The translations under genes were made by a program, and so were the position numbers. Below are positions 9,463 through 20,371 of a DNA stretch of 38,556 bases, in pieces. The stretch is taken from NCBI RefSeq assembly GCF_004010195.1, contig NC_057723.1, positions 7,723,095 through 7,761,650 on the forward strand, written 5' to 3'. Origin of the DNA: Chiloscyllium plagiosum. Its lineage: Eukaryota. The notes beneath the pieces were generated by a model. That model saw only the letters and a program-made list of their open reading frames with translations. It did no database searches and was not told the origin of the DNA. Position 1 is the stretch's first letter, and each line of letters starts with the position of its first letter.

Positions 9463-11239
9463 ATGTTAGGATGTGAATATTGTTGAAGGAGAAAATCACC
9501 TGGGGTATTACAGAGAGATGATGCACATTTGTTTACACCGATAAAAATGGCAATAATATTGAGTGCCCAATGTCCATTGTTACCGCAATCAATTGCCCTT
9601 TTTAACCATGAGCCCTTTTTAACCAGTGTCCATCTTTTTTTAACCATGGTGACTATTAACCCTTGTTTGCTCCTGCTGAGTGAAAAATCTTTGGGACTTT
9701 TTCTGATGCTGTTTGTTTGATCTACAGAAGTCAGAATTCTGGAAACACAACATGAATCAATCAAATTCTCTTGTAATTCACAAATTAGGGCAGTTCCCGT
9801 TGGAATTTTCTAACTTTTTGATGACTATGACATTTGGGAGAACACATTCAGTACTGATTATTATTGAAGGTTTTATGGGGGAAGCAGAGGAGAACAGCCA
9901 TTCACTAAACATCACCTGGAGAAATGGGGAGAGATTGAGATATGAATAAACTTAACTCGTGGGTTGTAGGGCAAGATTAACACAAAAAAAACCATTCATC
10001 TTATCTATACCCCGCATGATTTTAAAACCTCCATAATATCATCTCTCCAACTCCTGCACTTCAGTGAAAAAATAGGTTAGAGTGGTTACATTACAGGGAC
10101 AATGCAGAGACTTGGGCAACTGCTCTGGACATGTTGGTCTAAAGCCCAGATTGGCACAGCAGGGAAAATTTAATTCATTTAATTAAATATATTTGGGATA
10201 AAATGTTAATCTCATTTTCTGTGATCGTAAACCTACCAGATTGTCATTTTAAATAAAAATCTTATGGTCTGGTTCATTAATGTCCTTCAGGGAAGGACAT
10301 CAGCCATCCTTACCTGGTGTGGCCTACATGTGACTCCAGACCCACAGCGATAGGGTGGACTCCTAACTGCTCTCCAAAGTGGAGAATCAATCCACTCAAT
10401 TGTTCATCAGGGGCAAATAGGGATGGCCAAGAAATATCACCTTTCCCACGATACACACCTTCTGAGAATTAATATAACTTTTTTTTAAAAAAAATACCAT
10501 CCCAGAATCAAAACGCTACAATCCTTGTATCAGCTGACTGAGTTTGGGGGGAAAGAAATGTTTGTGATAAGTTAGAAAGAGAGGACCTCAGTAGGGTCAT
10601 TCAGAACCATCCATGGAGAACCGATGGAAATTTAAGTCTGAACTTTCCTATACAACGTAAGGAACAACCAGAAGGAACATTAAAGAGATTGGCACTTAGA
10701 AACCTGTCAATGATGAAGAGGACAATGGGGATGGTGTGGGAAAAACAGCACTTGATGATAATGGGCAGTCACTGAATGGTGTAGCAGATTGATGGGTTCA
10801 ATACATAGAAAATACATAGAACAGTACAGGCTCTTCGGCCCTCAATGTTGTCCTACTTTAAGATCAGAATAACCTATATACCCTTCATTGTATTATCTTC
10901 CATGTGCCTCTCCATCCAATGGTCTCCTCCTACTGAAACAATACTTCTTCTACTGAGCAGTTAAATGAGTGTTGTGAGATTTAAGGGTATTGGAATGGGA
11001 GGGGTAGTTGTGGTAAGGAGGGAGCAAAGACCGTGGTCAACAATCAACAACCAACCAATCCAGCAAGAGTGAATCTGTTGACTATCCAACTGGATGTGAG
11101 AAGGATGGGTTATGGGATGGTCAGTCATGGGAGGAGTTGGAAATTCACAGTGAAAGCACAGAACATGTATCCAGATAGAGTTTTGGCAGCCACTTTGAAC
11201 TTGGCATTAATGATATTCCTTCATTTTTCTATATTTCAG

Positions 11240-11418
11240 CAGCCGCACCTGCTCCAAGACTGTCCTCTGGAGTGGTGTGACCGTGTTGGCGGCCATGCTT
11301 ATTGCTGGGCAAGTTGTCAGCGTCATGTTTCTGCTGAAGCAGCAGGAGAAGATAACCCACCTGCAACAGTCCACCAATCGGATCGAGCAGAAGTACTCAT
11401 CAAGCCGGAACCCAATCC
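11240..11418 (+). CDS. CD74: CD74 exon 2 (juxtamembrane Cys, type II TM helix, lumenal stalk)
   Basis: Acceptor tttttctatatttcag; (S)SRTCSKTVLWSGVTVLAAMLIAGQVVSVMFLLKQQEKITHLQQSTNRIEQKYSSSRNPI; the hydrophobic TM with AGQ and the following QQ match Ii (human LLAGQATTAYFLYQQQ); donor C|GTATGT, phase 1. Confidence 0.95.
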
Positions 11419-12079
11419 GTATGTACATCCTGTTTTCCCCCCCCCCACCCCACCCCGTTTACCAACTAACTGTTGTTGTCTAAACTCTAAACCAATCTGA
11501 GAGCTGGGGGGTTGGCTGTCAGCAAAGCAGGAAAGAGCCAGTCAGTGAATAGACTGAGGAAGACCATGTCAGCAATTATAAATCTAATTCTACAACTAGA
11601 ACGATTCACAAGTTTGATTTAGCAAGAACCTCCAGCTGATTCCAATGGGGACACCCACTTGTGTTCCGATAGTCACCATGGAGGATTTGTGGTGACTATG
11701 GATGAGTTGGACTGTTCTTTTTGGAGCAGTTAGTGTTGAGGAAAGATTTAATTGGGTTATTGATAACGAAAGCACTTTTCAGCCCATAATTAGGAAGAAA
11801 TATTAAGTGCTTTGATATGACATGGTGGCCCAGTCTTTGAAAATTGGCCATTCATCCCAATATTTACGCTCAACACAGGCTTCCTCCTGGTTCTCTTTAT
11901 CTATCCCCATCAATGTATCCATCTATTCCTTTATCCATCACTTGTTTATCGAGTTTCCTCTTAAATATGTCAACACCATGAGCCAAGTCTCTTTATGCAG
12001 CAATTAGTTCCACATCCTCCCCATTCTCTGGGTATGCTATTTTACTTAATTTTACTTCATTTTGTAACTTGTGTTTTTT

Positions 12080-12370
12080 AGATTAGACTAGATTCCCTAC
12101 AGTGTGGAAACAGGCCCTTCGGCCCAAGAAGTCCACACCGACCCTCTGAAGAGCAACCCACCCAGACCCATTCTTCTACATTTACCCCTTCACCTAACAC
12201 TATGGGCAATTTAGCGTGGCCAACTCACCTGACCTGCGCATTTTTGGACTGTGGGAGGAAACTGGAGGATGTGCAAACTCCACACACAGTTGCCCGAGGT
12301 GGGGATTGAACCCAGGTCTCTGACGCTGTGAGGCAACAGTGCAAACCACTGCCACCCACTTGCCACCATG
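12080..12370 (-). mobile_element. HE1-like V-SINE
   Basis: Near reverse complement of 27335-27656, including the (aatct)n tail. Confidence 0.85.
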
Positions 12371-12583
12371 CTGGCCAACACAGTTTTTATCATGACTTCT
12401 TTATCATGCCGTGGTAGGGCACCTTAGAAAGTTTTTTTCATTGTATTTTTAATGTAAAAATACATATGGCAAATAATTTGAATTCTAATTCTAAAGAATT
12501 TCTCGTGATTTTCTTTTTTTTTATTGGTTTTAATCGTGACTTCCCATCCACCCCCACCCCCTTCTGGCAAGTTGAATCAACTG

Positions 12584-12708
12584 CGATGAAGGGCTTATGC
12601 TCGAAATGTCGACTCTCCTGCTCCTCGGATGCTACCTGACCTGCTGTGCTTTTCCAGCACCACATGTTTTGACTCTGATTTCTGGCATCTGCAGTCCTCA
12701 CTTTCTCC
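12584..12708 (+). mobile_element. Family B Penelope-like repeat, hammerhead core truncated/mutated
   Basis: gatgaagggcttatgctcgaaatgtcgactctcctgctcctcggatgct...ctcactttctcc. Confidence 0.75.
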
Positions 12709-12932
12709 AAACTCTCTCTCCCCTACCAAACGTTTTTAGTGTTTAAAACTCCCATCAGGTTGGTTCTCCTTTTCTGGTTGCAGGTAGTCACCTGGTATGA
12801 ATTAGCTTGGGGAGTGTGAGGAGTCGGTGTGATCTTGAACTCCCAACCCACGATGGTGATGGAATCCGATTTTATGTCAGAAATTTCAAAAGTCAAATAG
12901 ATATTGGAGAGGAATAACTTGCAAGCTTCTGA

Positions 12933-13022
12933 GATTAAAGTCAGAAGTCACACGACACCAGGTTATAGTGCAACGGGTTTATTTGAAATCACAAGCTTTT
13001 GGAGCACTGCTTCATCAGGTTC
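12933..13022 (-). mobile_element. Family A Penelope-like fragment
   Basis: gaagtcacacgacaccaggttatagtgcaac...cacaagcttttggagcactgcttcatcaggt; helix II partly deleted. Confidence 0.7.
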
Positions 13023-13214
13023 CATAATCCACCTAAAGCTTGGATTTTCAAGCCCATGTCTGTTCTGGAATATAGAGGGGAGGGATTTAAAAATGTGGGA
13101 CTCAATTAGACTCCTCAATTCAGAATGACAACAGTTACTGTAATGGTAGTATCCTAGCTCCAAAGACTAAAATGGAAATAGATTTGTTTCATCTGCATTT
13201 CAATGCCAAATATC

Positions 13215-13710
13215 TTGATTTGATTTATTTATTGTCATGTGTACCTTAGTATAGTGCAAAGTTTTGTTTATGAGCAGTATAGGCAGCTCATAGTAAGCAA
13301 GGACATACAGATTATAGGGTGAAAAAGAGACATACAGGTTACATTGCACAGGGTGTGTGCTCGGCAAGATAAACATTGTTTGAAGTTAGTGTCCATTCAT
13401 CAGTCCAATAATGGCTGGGAAGAAGCTGTTCCTGAACCTGCTGGTGCGTGTGTTCAGGCTTCTGCAGCTTCTGCCTGACTGAAGAGGTTGTAGGAGATTA
13501 ATACTGGGGTGCGATGGGTCCTTGATATTTTGGCAGCCTTTTTGTGGCAGCAAGCTGTGTAAATGGAGCCCATGGATGGGAAGGTTGGCTTCCTTGATGG
13601 TTTGGGCTGTGCGTACCACCTTCTGTCGTGTCTTATGGTCCTGGGTGGAGCAGTTGCTGTATCAGGCTGTTATGCACCCAGACAGGGTGCTTCCTATGGT
13701 GCATCTGTCA
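13215..13710 (-). mobile_element. Rex1/Babar-like LINE 3' fragment
   Basis: ORF 13386-13619 gives IKDPSHPSINLLQPLQSGRSCRSLNTRTSRFRNSFFPAII, matching the Rex1-type DPSHP...LPSGRRYRS...RT.R..NSFFP C-terminal motif. Confidence 0.75.
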
Positions 13711-14392
13711 ATGAAGGACAGGAAGAAGGTCCTTAGAATTTTCTTTATGGTCAGAAATGTCTGGTGTATTTAAATCCCACTGCCAACTAAGATGAGGATG
13801 ATATTCCAATGCATCTGTCCACATGTTAAATGCCTTACAGCACTTTGTCCATTTGACCAAAAATGCTTTAATGCAGGTCAATACTGATACAATGGTGACC
13901 GATTTGTGGAAAATTTACCATTGCAGAGTAGACCCCATGACCAATCAATACGCTAAGTGTATCAATATTACAGCATGGTATCTCATCGTGAATTTGAATA
14001 GATAGACATATTTAATGTCTAGATGCCAGCATGTTCCAGATAACTTTAGCAGTCTTTCTCCAGTGTTCCAAGGAGGATTGTTTTTTGGGGGCTACTAAAA
14101 TGAAAATAGTGCGTGAGGCAATACAGTTTCTCTCTGGCCTTCACAATCGATCCCAAATGCAAAAGAACAGTTTCTGTTTTACAACCAAGGCCCTCCTGAC
14201 CTATGAGGAGGTCATGTGAAAATGGTGCGGGGGAAGAAAAGTCCTGGAAAATTGGGGAAGTAAGCAAGGTTGATCATCTTTCTGAACCCCATTTGCAGCT
14301 CCCTTTGGAGACCAACATCCAATCCCCAATCTTCCTTTCAGGCTGTCACTAAGCCGTACTAATAAAAATGCCACTGTCTTCTATTTCTTCAG

Positions 14393-14475
14393 GACCTAAG
14401 CCAATGATCCACTTCAGACCCATGATGATGGACATGCCCATTGCTTACATTGACCCAAATGCAGAACATCCAAAG
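14393..14475 (+). CDS. CD74: CD74 exon 3 (CLIP)
   Basis: Acceptor ctatttcttcag; RPKPMIHFRPMMMDMPIAYIDPNAEHPK; core MIHFRPMMM has the M(P1)/P(P6)/M(P9) register of human CLIP MRMATPLLM; donor AAG|GTAATG, phase 0. Confidence 0.93.
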
Positions 14476-15094
14476 GTAATGTCCACTAGAGGGCTTAAAG
14501 AAAACCTAGACCTAGTACTTGCGGTTGTCTCATGCTTTTTCTTTTGGATCCTTCTGTGCACAACATTGACTGTTGCATTTGACCAACATGAAAGCAGAGA
14601 CTGATCTCCAGAACCAACTTGTTGGACATAGATCTTCTGAGAATGGGATAAAGTGTTTCACAATACAAGGATTTTAATATTGGGTGCCTGTTCCAACACA
14701 AATCCCACTGGAAGCTTAAAGCAACCAAGAATTGAACATGCTGTTGGAGGCAGTGGAGGAAAGCTCATCATTTTGAGGTCCACGTGACTTTGGAAGGACT
14801 TCCTCCACTTGACTTCTTCAGCCTCCATGTCCTCCGTCTCCCTCACAGCCTGGCTCCTGGTTTAGCTACTTGGCTTTCCGGTTGAAATTCTCCATATTCT
14901 TTTTGCCCACAAAACCTCACTCAGTTTCCAGCTCAGTCCATGTCCCCATCAAGTCAGCTAATGATTCAATATGGCTATCCCAATGCCCTCTGCACTCAGC
15001 GGTCAAACCAAGTTTCAAGGCTGGTGAGGTGGCATTTGCACAACTGGCATTCCAACTCTGTCCCTCAACTGGGACTCTGCAAGACGCAGGAAAT

Positions 15095-15545
15095 AACCCC
15101 TGATACTAATGCTGGATCCCAGCAGGATAGTGAGCTGGAATCACAGAAATTGGGTTGGGAATGTGGGACAGTGTGGATTTTTGTAGAGTGAGAAATGGTT
15201 CCATTACTTGCTGTAGTTGTCCAGTTTCTAGGCTGGAGGGTTGGAATTTTGGGGCACAAGTCAGCTGGGCTGGCTTTACTCCTACCCTGTGGGAATACCA
15301 AACATGGCATGATGTTGGGTTGGTAACACTGAGGCAGTGTCTAAACTTGGAGAAGTGAGAGGGCATGGAAAGCGTCATCCTACCCGCCATTTTGAAATGA
15401 TCAGTCAACACAATATTGAGTTTGTCAATGACCCAGAAATTTGCAGTTTTCCATTGGGGCCTAACCAGAGAGCAGCTCTGCAGTGGATGCAGCAGGAGCT
15501 TCTGCACCCACCTCTGAGAGCCTGGATTCAACATGGCTCCTGAAA
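15095..15545 (-). mobile_element. Degenerate LINE fragment (endonuclease-RT linker, same family as 35516-37770)
   Basis: Reverse complement resembles ~35520-35640 (cacactgtcccacattccc...gtgattccagctcactatcctgctggg); pseudogenised. Confidence 0.5.
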
Positions 15546-15820
15546 GGTGGCAGCTCTAACTCTGCAGTGTTTCCTTAGGACTGGGAGCAGCAACCTGAGG
15601 CTACCATTTCCTCTGGAGAGGAATTTGAGCCGGGGCCTTTTCTCCCAGAATGGAGAAACGTCCTCTGAGTGCCAGTGTATGCTTGCAATGCCTGTGTTCG
15701 TGTAGACCAGACCGGAGCAAGGCATTGTCAGGAATGTTAATTTGAGGGTGCTTTATAATGGTTAGTTAAACGTGGAAGTGAACAGTCATCTTTTGTTTTT
15801 CTCTCTTTCTTTTCTAACAG

Positions 15821-15883
15821 GCTCCTAAACCCACTCCTGCCAAACCCCTGACAGTGCTGGAACAAGTGCAGGAACTGCTGAAG
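15821..15883 (+). CDS. CD74: CD74 exon 4 (start of trimerization domain)
   Basis: Long polypyrimidine tract ending ctaacag; 63 nt, APKPTPAKPLTVLEQVQELLK (cf. human TEDHVMHLLQ); donor AAG|GTATTG, phase 0. Confidence 0.92.
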
Positions 15884-16896
15884 GTATTGTTGAAGGGAAT
15901 TTTTCAAAGATATGGTGAAGCCATAGAATGTTCCAGCACAACGGGACATCATTCAGTCCACTATGTCCATGCCAGCTTCTGGAAAGTCCTATCCAATTAG
16001 TCCCATTTCTCCAGCTTCCTACACATGGAGCAGCAAGAGTATCACCTACATGGGAACACCACCCTCTGCAAATTCCACTCACCATCCTGACATGAGAATA
16101 TATGTTCGTTCCTTCAGTCTTGCTGGGTCAAAGTGTTGGAACTCTAACAGCACTTGGGGTGTCTCTGAGCTCACTGGATTGTGGCAACTCATCAGCTTCA
16201 CGAGGGCAATTAAGGATGGGTAATAAAATGGTGGATTAGCCAGAGACACTATCATCTCATGAGTGATTTACACTTTTTTTTAAAAAAAAAAAGCTCTTCC
16301 CTCGACCCCTGTGACTCTTTACTCTGAGTGTTTATGCAAACCCTTTTGAGCATTTTATCATTTAATTTGTCACCACACATTCTGGTCATGAATTCCAGCA
16401 ACTCACTGGGTTATTAAACCTCCTCCTCCCCTATCTGGTATTCATACCAATTTATCTAAACAAAACAGTGTCCTCTATTAATGACCCCAGGCTCCACCCC
16501 ACTTCCTGTTTTCTCCACAAAATCCATTCGCAATTGTGAAGATCTCCATTAAATATCCCACTGGCCATCTCTGTTTGAAGGAGACTGTCCCTGCTTTCCC
16601 ATTATTTCACGTACCCGATGCTGTTCACCTCTGACACCATTCTCGCAAATCTCTGCTGTGCCCTCTCTCTGGGAACTTAGCATCCTTTCAAATGTCTGGC
16701 GTCTGGAACTGGCTGCAATGTCACAACTGGGGCTGATCTACCAATTTTAAAGATTGCTTAAGAATATTGTAGATGTTGAGGGCTGCAGGGGAAGAGAATG
16801 GTTAGTGCAAAGGGTACGAATTGGAGAGCTCCTTCAGAGAGCCCAATGGGCTGAATAATTCTATAGCACCAACTCTCTCTCTCATTTGTGACCTGA

Positions 16897-17338
16897 ATAT
16901 AGCACTGCTGCCTCACAGAGCCAGGGACAAAAGAACCTAAGAACTAGGAGCAGGAGTAGGCCATCTGGCCCTTTTAGCCAGCTCTGCTGTTCAATAAGAT
17001 CATGGCTAATCTTTTTGCGGAGTCAGCTCCATTTATCCACCCCCTTGCAGTAACCCTTAATTCCTGTTCAAAATTTTATGTATCCAAGCACCCAGGTTTG
17101 ATTCCAGCCTCTGGCGACTGTCTGTCTGTCTGTCTGTGTGGGTTTCCTCCCACAATCCAAAGATGTGCAGATTAGATGGATTGGCCATGCTAAATTGCCC
17201 TAGTGTCTGGGGTTGTGCAGGGTAGGGGAATGCAGGGTGATGCCAATAGGTAGGTATGAGTCAGTGTGGGATGCTCTTCAGAGGGTCAGTGCAGACTCAA
17301 TGAGCCCAATGGACTCTATCTGCACTAGGGATTCCGTG
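16897..17338 (+). mobile_element. HE1-like V-SINE interrupted by a minus-strand CR1 tail (~16929-17086)
   Basis: tagcactgctgcctcacagagccagggac is followed by an aagaactaggagcaggagtaggcc insert, then resumes with cccaggtttgattccagcc...gggtttcctcccacaatccaaagatgtgcag. Confidence 0.75.
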
Positions 17339-17553
17339 ATTCTCGGAAAAGGACACCAGGTATTGAAGGCTTTGATCATTCTCACACCTCCTTTGCCATC
17401 CATGGTGAAAAAGCAACTTGATGGACTCTAGTTCCAATTTGTGTGCAGCCTGTACTTTAGCATGTGGCTTTAGTGTAATTGAATGAATGATTGATTGGCT
17501 GGTGAGGAAAAGGTCTGCCAAGTGATGACGTTGTCTTGATTTTTCATTGGCAG

Positions 17554-17649
17554 AAAGATAACATAACCAAGGAGATTCCAGAATTTAACAGCACTTTCTC
17601 TGCCAACCTTGACCTGCTGCGAGACAGCATGACTGAATCCGAATGGCAG
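17554..17649 (+). CDS. CD74: CD74 exon 5 (trimerization domain)
   Basis: 96 nt, KDNITKEIPEFNSTFSANLDLLRDSMTESEWQ (cf. human [25 protein letters not shown]); two N-glycosylation sequons (NIT, NST); donor CAG|GTTAGT. Confidence 0.95.
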
Positions 17650-18656
17650 GTTAGTGTTGATGACATTGAATTGCAGGCCATTCGGCCCATTTCTATACTG
17701 ACTTCTACACACAAAGCTGCCTCTCATTCTATATCTCCTCACCCTATCAGCCCGAACCTTCTGTTCCTTTCTCCCACATGATATAAATGAATAAACTGAT
17801 TATTGTGCATTAAGAAATTAATAAATATTCATCAGGAGTCTGTCTGGCTTTCCTTTTTATACTTCCCAACTACTTGGAGTGGTAGTGAATTCCAGAATGT
17901 AATTCCTCCTGCTAATTGGATTTATTGTGTATGCGTTTTGGATTCTTTTACAAAGTAGGAAGTGGAAGAGTCCATTCAGTCCATTCATGGCTGACCACAC
18001 AAGTGAGTGCTGTGTTATATGAATTTTAGTGCCTGTGTGATGCCAGCTGTGTAGACTGATGTCTCAATGACTGACTGGCAGATCATATCAGACAGCACCT
18101 TCTTTTGTCTGCTCAAGATAGACTGAGTACTGATAGTATTCCACCAAACCAAAACTCAGAACATAATGTTGAGTGTTAAATATGGTTCTGTGATGGCACA
18201 GCACTTATTGAACAAGCCTGAGTGTTTTACAAATTACACTCCTAACACATTTAACATCAGTAATGCTCTTACTGTGGCTTCCTTATGCTTGCTACACAAA
18301 TTCAGATCTCTCCTCTCCAGAAGAAGGGAACACCCTTTTATAAATTTAAATGCAACTGTGAGGGACATTAATTCCCTGGTACATTCTCCATGGCTCACAT
18401 TAATTAGGGTCAGCTTGCCAATGAATCACCACTTTTTTTTTTTACAAGTTGTATAAATTGATGTTCCCTTTGAAATTTGGCATTCTTGCATTTGTCCTGA
18501 TGAGTGCAGGGCAAAAAGCTTTGGTACCATTCTGTTTTTATTTTACAGTTGCACTCAAATTTAATTCCCTCACTTGGAGTCAACCCACAAACCGGTTCAG
18601 ATGACCCACTCCCAATCCTTAATAACTGACCATTGCTGCATCTTTGCTGTTTACAG

Positions 18657-18777
18657 GACTTCGAAAGTTGGCTCCGAAACTGGCTCTTTTTCCAACTCAT
18701 TCAGGAGAAGAAACCTGTCCCGACAACCAGTGCACCCCACCACGAGCCAATGCCTGAACCCGAACCCCAACCCAGTG
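18657..18777 (+). CDS. CD74: CD74 exon 6 (end of trimerization domain plus Pro-rich hinge)
   Basis: Acceptor tctttgctgtttacag; DFESWLRNWLFFQLIQEKKPVPTTSAPHHEPMPEPEPQPS (cf. human VFESWMHHWLLFEMS); donor G|GTACGT, phase 1. Confidence 0.95.
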
Positions 18778-20287
18778 GTACGTGACTGTCGTGTATTTCA
18801 TTCCTTGTCCTGAAGGGGGTGATCTCTCAGCTGGCTCACCTTCAGCGTGCATCAGTAAGAATGAAGATCTTGCATTTATTTGTTTCACCTTCTGAGGGCA
18901 TGTCAAAGCTAGGCGTTAGGCAATGGACATCTTCGGCAGTACAATCACTGTTGCTTTGCAATGTTGACTAATGACGTAGCCTACATGATGACCAATCTGT
19001 TGTACAAACAGAAATTGGGATCAGTGAACATAGGTTTCACCTGAGAGATCCATGTTACAACAAACTCTCAATATTACAAAACTCATAATCCTGAGACCTA
19101 GGCTTGTACCCTGGGGACATGGAGCCAGATCCTACAGAGAACAGGTGGAATTTCAATTCAGTTGAAACATCTGGAATCAAAAGCTATTCATGGTAATGGT
19201 GGTCATGACAACCATCAATTGTTATGTACATCTGTCTTGTTCTCGTGTCCTTACAGGCAGGAAACTGCAATTCTTACCTGGTCTGGCCTATACGTGACTC
19301 CAGACCCACAGCAATGTGGTTAGCTGTTAACCCTCCCCAACTGTTCGGGCCAAAGGACTGTCAAAGATTGGTAACAAATACTCACCTTGGTAGGGAATAC
19401 CTAAAGGAACAAATACAGGAATTTCCGGAGGTCCCAAAGACCTGTGCTGTTAATGAAGTGCATTTAGAGTCGTCTGCATGGAGGCCTTAAAGGTCCCAAA
19501 GAAATAGGGAAATTCTTCCTGAATGTCCAACGCCAATATTTGCCCCTCAACCAACTTCATTTTTTTTTCAAAACAAAAAGCAAATTATTCTCTCACTATC
19601 TCAATGGTCCGTGTGTGGCCTTTCTGGATTGAAAAGGAAACTTTCGTAAGGAAAGACCAGAGGACTGTCAAAGTTATAACACAGAGAGGCCATTCAGCTC
19701 ATCATGTCAACATTGGCTGGTTATGCAGCTGCCCATTATAATCCCACTTTCTGGAACCTGGTCTATTGCCTTGTTGGTTCCAATACTTTGTGGGAAACAT
19801 TGAGGTTCCTTTGTAAATGAGGTTAGGGTCTCTGCCTGAACTGCTAAACTGGGCATTTAATTCCTGACCCCCACCACCCTCCTCATTATAATCCTTCCAT
19901 CAGTCATCTTCAATACATGTCCCCACTAGGGGAAAGAGGAGGAGAGAAAGAGAACAAGATAGAGGTGCTGATGTTAGGGAGAACATTCTGGAATTTTGGT
20001 CCAAGGAGGGGTTGGAGTAAATTGTGGAGAGGGAGGGATGAGGACACGGAGGGGCAGGGGTAAGGCCATGGAGAGACCGAGAGGGAAGGGTGCAGGGATT
20101 TGAAAACTGTTTTGAAGATTCTCAGATGAGGCTCTACTAGGAGCTGATGAAGGCTTTGAGCACCGCGGGAAGGGATAGTAAGTGAATCCCATCAGTACCA
20201 AGCTGCTGTCTCCAACCAGTGGTGAATGTATCATTCTTACTTTCTTTTGTATGTTTGAATCTCCTTCTTTGTTCCCATATACAACAG

Positions 20288-20371
20288 GGCAAAAGATTTA
20301 CTCCAGCTTTGTGATGAAACCAATGATGGTTAGCCTTCCAGAGTCTGACAACGCTCCAGAAGCAAAAATAG
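20288..20371 (+). CDS. CD74: Putative extra CD74 cassette exon encoding a CLIP-like peptide
   Basis: Pyrimidine-rich tract ending acaacag; 84 nt, phase 1-1, open in the CD74 frame: GQKIYSSFVMKPMMVSLPESDNAPEAKI; donor AG|GTAACT; similar to the exon 3 peptide. No transcript evidence available. Confidence 0.75.

Noticed and set aside
11033-11500. 155-aa ORF from the track
   Set aside because: Off-frame overlap of CD74 exon 2 extending into intron; no recognisable protein.
18945-19000. TGACGTA plus CCAAT resembling an X2-Y module in intron 6
   Set aside because: The order and orientation of the CRE-like and CCAAT elements do not match S-X-Y on either strand.
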